This document shows, piece after piece, positions 52,710 through 64,000 of a DNA stretch of 64,000 bases. The stretch's first letter is position 1. Every line of letters starts with the position of its first letter. The stretch is from Podarcis gaigeae (Eukaryota). The position numbers were made by a program, and so were the translations under genes. Below the pieces are notes generated by a model. It saw only the letters and a list, made by a program, of their open reading frames with translations. It searched no databases and had not been told where the DNA came from. Location of the stretch: NCBI GenBank assembly GCA_964106915.2, contig OZ066919.1; one strand, given 5' to 3'.

Positions 52710-52902
52710 AAAAATTCCTTCCAGTAGCACCTTAAAGACCAACTAAGTTAGTTCTTGGTATGAGCTTTCGTGTGCATGCACACTTCTTCAGAGCACACGA
52801 AAGCTCATACCAAGAACTAACTTAGTTGGTCTTTAAGGTGCTACTGGAAGGAATTTTTTTTGTTTTGACTATGGCAGACCAACACGGCTACCTATCTGTA
52901 AC
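52710..52902 (+). mobile_element. Penelope-like element 3' end with inverted 5' duplication
   Basis: Arms about 52710-52776 and 52792-52858 are reverse complements; perfect 14-bp TSD tggcatacaacaat at 52696-52709 and 52903-52916; near-identical to the 4325 copy. Confidence 0.88.
52757..52791 (-). ncRNA. Minimal type I hammerhead ribozyme motif of a Penelope-like element (5' strand of stem I missing)
   Basis: Minus strand: CUGAAGA-A-GUGUG-CAUG-CACAC-GAAA-GC-UC-AUACC, i.e. CUGANGA box, stem II, GAAA box, palindromic AGCU stem III and UH site. Upstream bases are gugcu rather than a partner for AUAC, so this copy is probably inactive. Confidence 0.7.
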
Positions 52903-52999
52903 TGGCATACAACAATGTAAAAAACATCATAAAACATTAAAAGAAGTACAGAATGACCATTAAAATGACTAGTAACTCAACAAAATCTTAAACCCTATC

Positions 53000-53146
53000 C
53001 AGTGCTTTTCTTCTAGAAAAAAAGTGGTGGTATTCAACATGAAGTTGTTAACAGTAAGTGCCATACTTTTAACCAGTGCTTTTCTTCTTGGAAAAAAAAT
53101 GTGCTGGTGCTGGGTACCCTTGAGTACCCCCAGAAAAAAAGCATTG
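53000..53146. mobile_element. cagtgctttt-family MITE with an internal second left end
   Basis: cagtgcttttcttctagaaaaaaag at 53000 and cagtgcttttcttcttggaaaaaaa at 53074; right end agaaaaaaagcattg; no matching TSD. Confidence 0.65.
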
Positions 53147-53940
53147 TGCATAGGCCTGTCAACATATGAAAAGTCTTCAAGACACAGTCACAAGCAAGGT
53201 TGCCTGCTGAATTTCTGCTGGATACAACATGGGACTAGTGTCATTAAATGCCTTCACGTCTGGTTGAGGCCAGTTAGGCTTTATAACTTGAGGGAGAACT
53301 AAAAGCATTCCTCTGCATCTTCTCACTTATAAGGCTGGAATATAAGGGCTCAGATGGTCCTTAAGATATCCTGCACTGGCTTTATCTGTGACATGTACAT
53401 GCGCAGGATAGCTTAAATAGCAACGCCTGTGGCAGAGCCAGGATACTATAAAGATTTCAGCAGCTTATTCAGGTTGTCTGAGTGATGTGTCTGGAAGGAG
53501 CCATGTGTTTATATAAGGCCAGAGTTTGTTCAGTTTATGGAGCTTTTCTGAAAATGAGGCCATGGGTGGCACATTGGGAATTGCTGAGGAAATGTTGACT
53601 CTTATTTGATATTTATATGAAATTTTAGCCAGCTAGAGTATATATGAGCCATGCACCAAGTTTTCAGCCAGGGTGGAAATAATAATGATAAACTGCAGCC
53701 AAATATTTGACCTGTATGTTCCAAATGAGCGATGTGAAATTCTCCCCCTGCCTCACAGACTCCTGTCCACTTCTCCATGCCCCTCATCACTTCCCAAATT
53801 TCCTTTTTCTTTTCATTCCACTTACCATCACAGAATTATTCTGGGTGACTTTTTCTTTCAGCTTCTCTTTCCCACTGAACCATCACCAGCCTACTGTCAT
53901 TTGTCTCTCTGTCCTTCCTGTGCTTTTTCAGAAGTAAACA

Positions 53941-53942
<2 letters not shown>

Positions 53943-53982
<40 letters not shown>
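53943..53982. repeat. (TG)n microsatellite
   Basis: Uninterrupted TG run. Confidence 0.97.
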
Positions 53983-53983
<1 letters not shown>

Positions 53984-54915
53984 CTTGAAGTACCATGCCT
54001 TGCTGTTAGTAAAAGACTAAGAATCCTCTATTGGGCAAGAGACTGCTACTAATTTTTTTTAGGCATTCCCCTTCTTCTTATAAGGCACTCCAAGCAGCAT
54101 ACATGTCCCTGCCCACATATAGTACATGCTTCCTGTGAGGATCCTCCACATGCTGATGCTGCTGGCCCTGCCAGTTTATGTTGCCCCCGTGCCCCCACTC
54201 CATCCACCCATTTGGGAGTCTGAAGAGCAGAACACCCTGAGCTTCCAAACAGTCTTGCTATCCCTAACCATCCCTAGAATCCAGCACTGATTTCAGGTTT
54301 TGCAGTGCTCACTTTGGTAGTTCTAACCTACTGCAGGACTATCATTTTCCTTCCTGAGTTTAGCCCAAAGTTGTTGGCAAGGAGGAGAATAAATGCTCAC
54401 TTGAAGCACAAAGTTATTTGCCAGCAATCCTCTCTGCTTCTTTTACCCTCTTTTGCAGGTTTGGCATCTTTATCTAAAATCACAAATATATTCTTTGAAC
54501 AATGAAGGTGGGAAGATAGTTTCTTATTTTCTGGTGGACTCTTGACATATCTTATGCTGACCACTGCCTCCAAACATACAGAATCTGCTCATGTAACTTC
54601 TGTAGATGACATCTTACAGTCCACATAGATGCTGTACCTGGAGATCTGCAACAGATGCAGTGTTAGCTAGTCACACCTGGAAATTTCATTAAGATGCTGG
54701 AATATTTTTTGTTTTGCTGTACATTTCAGATAGATGGGAATCCATTTTTAGCAGATTCATACACGGAATGAATCAATAAAGCTATGGTCACATCAGACCA
54801 CCTCTTGCTTGAATACCTGGTTATGATTGTGCCGCTGGTCCATTGTCATAAAATTCTAAACTAATCATATGCAGCCTTATACACAAAAATACATATACTG
54901 TTTGCACAATACGTA

Positions 54916-55157
54916 CAGTGGTACCTCTGGTTACGAACTCAATTCGTTCCAGAGGTCCATTTGTAACCGGAAACCGTTCTTAACATGAGGTGTGCTTTTG
55001 CTAATGGCGCCTCCTGCTGCTCCTGCACCGCCGGAGTATGACTTCTGCTCGCATCCCGGGACAAAGTTCACAATCAAGAGCATCTACTTCCAGCTTAGCA
55101 GAGCTCATAACCCGAAGCATTCATAAGGAGGACGATACGTAACACGAGGTTCCACTG
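54916..55157. mobile_element. Tigger-like MITE, 242 bp
   Basis: TA-cagtggtacctc ... gaggttccactg-TA; interior aattcgttccagaggtccat is the reverse complement of the 25523 family interior. Confidence 0.88.
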
Positions 55158-55472
55158 TATATGAAAGTCAAGCCTCATGTGGTACTTACTATATACAGTA
55201 ACTGCAGCCTAATTGTTTAAGTATTAATACAAAAAAGTATTTGTATAGATTTATATGCATTGTTGTGTGTACCTGTTTATGCACTAGTTACTTAGGAAAC
55301 CTGAAGTGCATATGTGCATATATTATATTTATAAGAATGTGTATAATGCAGAAGCATTGTTCACATTTTTAGAGGAACTAGCAAAAAATAACCTCACTTA
55401 TTAATAAAAGGAGCGAGATGGGAATTTGAAAAAAAAATTATCTGTGCAGATAACCTCAACATTAAAATTTTC

Positions 55473-55537
55473 AGAGAATTCCACCCACTAATTCCTTCCC
55501 TAAAGAGAAAATTCCATCCACCAATTCTATCCCTAAA
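55473..55537. repeat. Imperfect 31-32 bp tandem duplication
   Basis: agagaattccacccactaattccttccctaa followed by agagaaattccatccaccaattctatccctaa. Confidence 0.8.
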
Positions 55538-56484
55538 GCACAGGATACTTTTGGTGACATGAATAAATGAAGAGGCTCTCTCCAGTTTCCCTCAGCTCAG
55601 ATTCAAATGCAGCAAAACAGAAATGAATTCAAGTGATCCTCAGGGTTCAACACTCTGCCTTGTCAAACACATGCTGGATAATGAAACAGACTTTTGCAGT
55701 ATCCTCTGAAAGCTTCATTGTAATTGTAAATTATGGACAGAAGTGATTGGGCAAAGGTGGGGACAATCATCCGGGAGCTGCATTGGTAAAAGTGTCGTGG
55801 ATAAAGCCAATCTCCATACAAGCAAAAGGCAGGTATCAGACTGGACCTAGGCCTGTTGGGAAGGAGAAATGGACAATGGCTGATTCCACACCTCTGAAAA
55901 TACAAAAAGAAAAGCTGTTACCCAGATGTGTTTCCATCCTTAGGTGAACACAAACAGGCTCCTTTGTAGGGGAAAACCAGAATACTTGGTAGGTACATTA
56001 GGTACATTGGTAGGTACATTATTAACAAAGTGCAGATTAATTACAGGTGGTGTGCTATATATATAAAAAAAGAAATAGAAATAGAAATCTTGGAGGATGC
56101 AAAAGTTCCATACTATTTTGTGACATTTTGGTTGGCCTAATAAAGCCATTTCCCTAATATGGATTTGAATGGTTCTTGTTTGCATAGAAAACTCACATTT
56201 TCCCCTCATTTCATCTGAGAAAAGAAAAGATAGCCTTCCCCAAGTTCACTGTTATTTCAGCATGTTTCACTGGAGCTCTTCAAGGAACTCTGATGATTCA
56301 CTGGAGTTGTGGCAAGCCACAGGCAGTCTTTGGTTTCCCCTCAGCATTCATTTGCTCCAACCAGAATGCTTACTTGGTGTTCTGAATCTTTCCTTAAGCA
56401 TTCTGTTCTGTTTCATATTTTCCCTTCGGGGAACAGCCTGGGCAGAGTTGCCCTAAGATGAAAGAACTAAGATACGAGAGTTGA

Positions 56485-56787
56485 ATTAATTTATGGCATT
56501 CACTGCCACAAGATCTGATGATGGCCACAAGTTTTAAATCCTATTTATTAAAATGGGATCAGACAAATTTATGAACGGTAAGTCTTTTATTGGCCGTGAT
56601 AGCTAGATGAGGCTCACATATTTATAGGCAACATTTCTCTGAATACTGAATGCTGTAGGGTGAGAACAGCTAGGGCCTTGCCCTTATTTGGTTTTTCCAG
56701 AAACATGTTGTCCACTTTTGGAAAAAAAGATGCTGGACTAGATGCATCCTTGGTCTAATCCAGCTAATCTCTTTTCATGTTCTTAAG
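56485..56787 (+). mobile_element. Old CR1 LINE 3' end
   Basis: INLWHSLPQD.MMAT...K.G.DKFM ORF2 terminus remnant; 3' end gatgctggactagatgcatccttggtctaatccagc...tcatgttctta. Confidence 0.75.
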
Positions 56788-56889
56788 TTGCTCTTTGAGC
56801 AAAGTAGAACTATCTTCATCAGAGAAATTGAATGTGTGTGCTAGGGAGGCCATTTTTTCCTGAATTTGGTTTTAGTAATCCATTTTTAG

Positions 56890-57754
56890 TTGCGCCCTAA
56901 GGCCCCCAAGCCCTTCCCCTGAAATAGCTTCACACTGACAAGTAATTTTAGTTTAAGTTATTGGGCAGAATTTAGGCCACAACTTTATTGGTTACAGCAA
57001 AGTGAGCGATGTTGGCTTAGGCATTGGCAACAGACTATAACTGACTCCTGCCTCTCTGTCTGGAAGTCTGGAAGGGTAAACACCAAACGAGGGAGCAACA
57101 TCGATGAAGACCAACGAAGCTCACCCTGGGGTTCCTGTGGTCCTGGCATGGCCCTAGCCCCTCAAGCGGACTTCGGATGAGATCCAGAACTCCCAGATTC
57201 CTTTACCGGAATACCCTTCTTCATGGAGGGGCAGGTGATGGGCCCTTCCCACACACTTCAATAAGCCAATGCCTAAACGCCAAACCTTACAAAGTTGTGA
57301 CGATTGCTAAAGGGGTAGGTGAAAACCAAGTGGCTATATCCAATCTGCCAAATGGAAAAATTCCTACCCAGCCCCTGCTCCAAAGCAGGCGACCCAATCC
57401 AAAGCAAGGCCAAAGCAGCAGCACCTAAAATTAGGGAGGGAGGGCGGGTGTTCGGCAGCGTGATGCAAGTTCCCTCAGTTACGCCGCGCTGCTGCTTTTA
57501 TAGGCCCCAAGAATCGTGCCAACTGCCCCGATTGGCCCAAACAACCCAGCACGATCCCGGGGCCCAACGGTTAAGGCTTGGGCCACGCCTGGCAACAACT
57601 CCCCCCATGGGGGTTGCTTTAGGGGCCCGCGCACAACCAGGACCCTCATTAAGGAGGATCCCATTTGCGCCCCGAGGCCCCCAAGCCCTTCCCCTGAAAT
57701 AACATCACACTGACAAGTAATTTTAGTATAAGTTATTGGGCAAAATTTAGGCCA
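56890..57754 (-). mobile_element. Split-direct-repeat (B-A-B) retroelement terminus, Ngaro/DIRS-like, non-coding
   Basis: 90-bp direct repeats at 56890-56979 and 57665-57754 (6 mismatches by eye); on the minus strand CCAAT 57531-57535, TATAAAA 57496-57502 and AATAAA 56984-56989; CpG-rich; flanked by a perfect 28-bp duplication. Family assignment is inference. Confidence 0.6.
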
Positions 57755-57784
57755 TTTGGTTTTAGTAATCCATTTTTAGTTATG

Positions 57785-58190
57785 TCTGAAGGAGTACCTC
57801 CCTTCACACTGACCTGCCTGGGTGTTTAGATCAGCAGGAAAGGCCCTGTTGGCAGTGTTGCCGATCTCTGTGGTTCAAGTTGTGGCAAAGTGTGAGAGGG
57901 ATTTATCTGTGGCGGTTCCAAGGCTGGGGAATGCCCTCCCCTCTGAGGTGTGTCCTGTGCCATCATTGCATGCTTTTTGACAATTGGTCAAGATGTACCT
58001 CTTTAGACATGGGTATTTAGCCAAGTGGATGTCTTCCTTGCTCCTGCATGGCTGTTCTTTGCTTTTGCTTTGTAGTCTTACGTTATGGTTTTAATGTAAG
58101 TTGTGCCTGTTTTAATTGTGGTAACTTTGTTTTCCTCCCTGAAACCACTAGGTAAAGAGTAGCTGTAGGTACAAATGATAAACGAATGTA
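57785..58190 (+). mobile_element. Decayed L2-clade LINE 3' end
   Basis: LKEYL...FRSAGKALL...RDLSVAVPRLGNALPSEV...F.QLVKMYLF remnant followed by a T-rich 3' UTR. Confidence 0.7.
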
Positions 58191-61100
58191 GGAATTTTTT
58201 TACTTCAGATTTGGTATTTACCCTTTGATGACGCTGCAGCTTATAAGGGTCATCTGTGGATTTGATTTCAGAAAATTGCCCAGGCCACTGGGACCAGTTG
58301 ACTTAAAATACGAGATCCAGCTTTGACTCAGCCTCTTGTCCTGCTGTGTAACCCTAGGTCATTTATTTCATGGTTGGGGATAGTGTTTTGATCTCCAATT
58401 GTACAGATTAAAAACAATACATTGAATTATTTTCAGATTATGTTTGTGTTGTCCTAAAGCCAAATGCTCTTCTTTTGTCTCACCATCAAACTTCACACTA
58501 TCTGTCCACATGCATATTTTGAAATGAGTCAATATAGCAATGAACCAGCTAGATATAAAGAAAGTCAACAGATGCTCTGAAATGTACCTGCAGGTGTTAG
58601 TACATGGTGGGGAATCTATTTGAAAGGCAGATTGTGTTTGAGGCCATAAAACGTCATACTTTGTGAAAGAATGGGTCCAGATGCCTTTGATTCTTTGACC
58701 CAGTGGAGTTAGCTATGCATCTGCCTCTTTGCCTTCTGGAAACTCAAATCAACATCCTTCATGATGTGAAATGCTTTAAAAGTTCATGTATTATTTTCCA
58801 GGGGTGATCGGAGATGTGGTTGATGTTTCACATAGTTTCATAGGACCACTACCATCTGCACTCTATCCCCAATATACAGACACGTTAAGCCACACAACTG
58901 GTTTCATGTTGCAACATAGTCAGATACTGTATATTGCATAAAAATTACAGCACGGTATATAATTCCAAATAGTCTATATACCAATTTATTTATTTTGCAA
59001 ATATATTAACCTTTGCTAAAGGTGAGGTTAATGAACCTGTGTACAATAAGATAAAATTAGGTGAAATACAAAAGTTACAAACTCTACAAACAAATAAAAT
59101 CACTGCTCTAATTATACAATTATCATTCCATAAAAAGACAGGGTCACGCTTCAGGGAAAGCCTTCTTAAACAAAAATGCCCAGTAGCCACCTAAATATCA
59201 GGATGCTAGGCACCTGTCTAATTTCAGCTGGCAGATGATTGCAGAAGACTGGAGCTAAAACACTAAAAGCCCTGTTTCTAGTACAAACTAGAAACACCAT
59301 CTGGTATTGTGTTTACTGTGCAGCTTGCATGATCCATATATTGGGAAGGAATCTGAAATACTCCAACAATTCTATCAGGGAACTGAAGTTTGTTCGCTTT
59401 CCGCAAACCTCTCCTAACAACCCCATTCATGGATTTCAGCTATGGTAATCAGATATGGTCTAAAAATGAAGATAACTCATTCCCAAGGAAATCTGGAAGG
59501 TATAACACCACACCACGAATATCCTGTTTCTATTGCACTCCTTGATGGCCTAGGGGAAAAAATGGAATACCTTTTTAATTCTAATGAGCCACAGTGGAAT
59601 TGTCAAAACAAGAATCATGTGTTATATTTTAAAATTAATCCACCTTTGGTTTGAACCAAGTGAGGTTAGCATAAATATGCATATCTAGCAACTGCCATAA
59701 TGTCAATGTAGGCAATCATACAATTACTGTCAGCTATGTGGAAACGTTGACCTTTAAGGACCAGTCAAAAGAGTGTTGGATGCAAAACTAAAATAACTGC
59801 CATTTGGGGCCCAGCAGCCTTAATTCCATGAAGACCCATCAAAGCAAGACAGATGAACCCCTGTAGCTTGATGCCATCTTTTTTTTGTGGGTCAAATACT
59901 GATCCAGAAACACACACAACATAGTCTACGTTGCATACGCTCTTCTGTTACAATGGCCTATGTAAATGAACAGATTTTTTTTTCAAAGCGAGAGTTTTAT
60001 CCAGAGGCACCTAGTATGTGCCCAAACGAATGATCCAGCGTTAAGTTATCTGCACTCTAAATTACAGCAGTAGTCACTTGCAATTTGACAGTCATCACTG
60101 CTAGTCTAGATGGACGGCAGGATCAGTAAAGTGGGATCAACCATTGTGTTGTTCAGCTCAGCACTGACAAAGACATATTCAAATCTGTTGAGACCCCTAG
60201 TGAGTTTGATACCCATCAGGCTACAGACAGACAGAGGCTCACCCTGGCATAGCACTGGACCTAGCACAAATGGACCAGCCTCTCTTCTTCAGCTATTTCT
60301 CAGATTAGAGTTGAGGAGCAGCAGAGTGACTCGCACCCACTCCCCAGCTCTAGAAGAAATGCAGAACCTGTCCTCCGCAGGTCTTGAGGGTGGTCCAGGC
60401 ACTTCCAAACTCAGGGGATGAGTCTCCCCCTCCCCTCCTTTCCAGCTGGAAATTGGAAGTGGAGGGGTAAGGCTATGTTCCTGCAGTTGTACTAAGCCTC
60501 AAAGGGCAAGTTCCCTGAGGATACCAAGGCCACTCAAAATGTGTAGACCCCTGGCTATAAAAATCTACAAAACTCTTCTTTGAGATGCTTCCTTTTGCAA
60601 TTCTTGGTTGATGATACTGTCATTGCAGGGAACAACTTTCTAAAAGTGTTCCTAGAAATGAGGAACTAAAGTTGAGTGAGGGATAATGGCTTGAAGTCAG
60701 GCCTCCCAGTTTCTTTCTGTTGAACCACACTACCTCCTATATTTAATTATAGGTATAAATCTTAAATGTCGTGAAATGTCTTTTAGCTCAATGCTTAGAA
60801 ACAGGCTGCACTCTCTTTGTCTGGTTTAGCTGAACTTTTATAGGGCTGAAAAGAAGAGATGGTGCTCTTACGTTTATTTTCTCTAAGCTCATGCTTTATA
60901 ACTGCTACAAACTGATAAGTTTTATATACAGATACAGATATATCCCAATTTTATGACTCCTAACAGAGCACATAGTTGTATGTGTTTAATGAATGAAAGA
61001 AAATATCACTGAAAAGTTCATCAACTTTCAGCTCCTGCTCACTGAGTGATAGATAGCTTTAATTACATTGAATTACTCAGCATCTCCCCAGAACTCCCCA

Positions 61101-62604
61101 AAGTCATTAAAAATAGATTTTCTGTTTGAACTCCTCTCACCACGACGGGTCTCCAAGGCAGTGTGCCGCTGACGGGATGCCCCATGGGTTGGCTCCTAGT
61201 CAGAGAGGTCGGCAGCTTGTTTTGGTAGCAATCACAAAGGCGGGAATGGAGGCATAAGGAGGGGAGAAAGGTATTCAGGATTGCACCAATCATCCCTGCT
61301 CACACAAGGAGCAATTTTTTATTATTTAATTAATTATTTCTAGGACCATATTGCTTGGCATATTTGTTTTATGGCTCTGATGGCTAGTCAAGGAAAGAAG
61401 TAGATCTAAGCATAAGGGGTTGCGGAATGTCCCTATAGGTTTTGTAAAACAGAGCCAATCAGGCAATCAAGGAAAACAGTAATGAGTCTTTATCATTTAA
61501 TTACTGGGTAGGAAGTTCTGTAATTAGGGAAGTGAAAAGTGAGCCCCAGAGCAGCTATGTCAAACAAACAAACAAAAAGGTTGGTGTGTCTTGAGGTTTC
61601 TGTAAAAAAAAGTGGAAGTAGTACCAGGTAAATGCTGGTATCCTGGTACTTGTGAGAAATAATATTAAGAATTTATTTTGAAATGACTTAAAATGAAAAC
61701 TGTGTAAATGGTATACATTATTTGACCATTTTTTTGTACTCATTCCTTTCATATATACTTATTCATCGGCTTTAAAAAAGAATTATGAAATACAGTATGT
61801 AGAATATATTATACTAATAATTTAATATGTAGTCATGCTGAGATGACATGTTTCATTAAGGTTGTTGCAGATACAAATTACTGTTCACCCAGCTGACTTC
61901 AAGCTATTCTGTCATTGGTTCAGACAGTCATGTGGCAGCTGGGCTGCCATGAGCTCAGCACAGCAAGTCATATGACTGCTGACCCTATCTGCTGAAATTG
62001 GCATGGATTGGCTTTTTAGCACTTGATCATAACCTCTCAGAAGCTGCAGATGAGGACCAAAAGCTAAGCCATGCTCAAGTTACATGACACTGTTAGCCCA
62101 CAAGAGACAGTATGGTGGATTGTGTCTCACATATGACCTGGGAAAACAAGAATTCTCCTTTTATCCATGAAGCTCACCAGTTGATTCCCCAAGTCTGGAG
62201 GAGTTGTGAGGCTGACTCGCGTGTCCATTGTGTTCGAGTGAGAGCAGTCTGGGGCATATGTTTGTGTGATGCATGTGATTTTATGTAATTAAAAAGGATA
62301 GCAGAAGGGCAGGGAGATATGGAATGGGAAGGTGAAAGTGCAGCTGGTTTAGCAATTTAGAACATTTCAAACTGTACACAGATGGGAATGCTGCGTCTTT
62401 CCTCATCCTCTTGACTTTCTTTCTCTGGGACCCACTGTAGACAGCTGCAAGTCAATCCCCTTCCATGCTACTTTGCAAAGACAGCTCTGCACACATATCC
62501 CTTTACAGGTAAAGAGACCTGCTTTTCACCTTGAATTTACCACTCGTGGTATAAATGTGGAGGTGGGTGGAGGAGATACGTGGAAATATTCTCACCCCTC
62601 ACCA

Positions 62605-62626
62605 CACACACACACACACACACACA
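62605..62626. repeat. (CA)n microsatellite
   Basis: CA run. Confidence 0.95.
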
Positions 62627-63726
62627 TGCTTCTGTCCTCTCTGCCCCTAGGTTTTTGCTGTATGATCTTCGCCCCGCAAATCCTGTCAATCTGTTGTCCA
62701 TTTCTGTTAGAGAGCTTTGGAACCTTAGGCAGGAGCAGGTAGATATGGGCACACTAATGAGAGGAGTCCATCAAAGCATAGCAGAGAGATCTTGAGACTT
62801 CTTGCTCTACTTGTCAGGAACCTTTCCCTATGCCAAAAGTATTTCTGATTGCCAGGGACTCAGACAGTTATGTACTAGGAAAATATGTTGTTAATGGGGG
62901 TAACACTAGATAGGGTTGTTGGAGGAGGTTTTTCTTTATGAGCTCAAGGCTAACTTACTATTAACATTTCTCATCTAAGCTAGTTTATATATTTGTGTTG
63001 TGTTTTATTAATAGCTTTAATGTTTGATGTGATGCTTCTCCCCATTTCCTTCTCTTCTGTTGCTTTGCGGCATTCTTTTACCCCTAACTTTTTAAAATTT
63101 TCTTTCCTCTTGGAAAAGTTGTGCAGGGTTCATAGGAGAGAATGGGGATAAGAAGGGGTGGGATGTCAGGTTGTTCGTGGATGTTCAGTTGGTCATAAGA
63201 ATCAGTCTGTGCACATTCACAACTTTCACACCTTGTTTGTTCACATGTACTGGAAACCTACTTAATCCAAGAAAGGTGTGGGTATGGCAGACCCCTCTGC
63301 ATCTGCAACACATTACTACCATATTGTAGTAATGCTTTTTGAAAAGAAGATTGATCTAGTACCAAGTGCTGATTCTCACATGTGTGTACCGGTCACGTTT
63401 ATTCTTGCAGACTTCTTTCAGTGAGGTCAAAGTGGCATTTTAGCCTCACGAAAGCTATTCAAGATAAGCTAGGCTGAGAGAGAATGAGCTTCACATATGA
63501 GAGAGGCTTTCTCACATCTCCAGTCCAACAGTCAAACCACTAGATTTGATACCTTGCAGCTGAATGTGTGAACTGCCATTATGTAAAAAATATTGACAGT
63601 AAAGTGGATTCTGCAGTAGGATCCTTGCGAAGTGTTGCTATATAGGCAGAGCCTGCTCTTAAAAGTGTAAATACTTGTAATGTGTTACCTCTTGTACATA
63701 TTATATAAAATACTTGTAATTTCATT

Positions 63727-63973
63727 TGAACGCACACCAAAAAGTGCAAGTAGATAAATAGGTACCACTCCGGCGGGAAGGTAAACGGCATTTCCATGTG
63801 CTGCTCTGGTTTCGCCATAAGCAGCTTAGTCTTGCTGGCCAGTCTTGATGACCTGGAAAAACTGTCTGTGGACAGACATCGGCTCCCTTGGCCTGTAAAG
63901 TGAGATGAGCTCCACAACCCCCACATCGTCTGTGACTGGACTTAACTGTCAGGGGCCCTTTACTTTTACCTTT
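63727..63973 (+). mobile_element. Sauria SINE, 5'-truncated
   Basis: aagtgcaagtagataaataggtacc...gactggacttaactgtcaggggcctttacttttacctttt aligns with the 3' part of the 7649 and 30438 copies. Confidence 0.9.
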
Positions 63974-64000
63974 TTAAACATATTCATTAAAACTTACAAA

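Larger units (their letters stand above)
6817..64000 (+). other. Large PLXNA2 intron (continues beyond the window)
   Basis: GT donor at 6817. The expected next exon (VTRVPVESC..., PSI domain) was not recognised downstream; the sequence is repeat-rich and non-coding. Confidence 0.8.

Noticed and set aside
57177-57713. ORFs within the B-A-B element as gag or recombinase
   Set aside because: Short, overlapping, no retroelement motifs; they lie in the promoter-bearing repeat.
62105-62215. Second MIR/Squam3-like SINE on the + strand
   Set aside because: Only patchy similarity (gacctggga, ccatgaagctcac, gttgtgagg); too decayed to bound confidently.

Overview
Eukaryotic (vertebrate) genomic DNA, not prokaryotic. 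The repeat content (Sauria SINEs, reptile-type Penelope, L2, L1 and CR1 fragments, Tigger-like and hAT MITEs) points to a squamate, probably a lacertid lizard (inference). The only host coding sequence I can support is one 135-bp internal exon of plexin A2 (PLXNA2, + strand, 6682-6816, end of the Sema domain). Everything else appears to be PLXNA2 intron (>6.6 kb upstream, >57 kb downstream; I did not recognise the neighbouring exons). Nearly all ORFs in the supplied track are chance ORFs or transposon remnants. The most notable structures are: (1) two near-identical, TSD-flanked Penelope-like insertions that fold back on themselves at a minimal hammerhead-ribozyme motif; (2) a CpG-rich B-A-B split-direct-repeat element (Ngaro-like) carrying CCAAT, TATA and AATAAA and flanked by an unexpected perfect 28-bp duplication; (3) a young hAT MITE with a 2 x 118-bp double-palindrome cassette nested in a SINE tail; (4) four TA-flanked MITEs of almost the same length; (5) several TAAT-rich, repeat-free blocks that may be conserved enhancers. 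All family assignments are by eye and from memory of consensus features; no database search was run.
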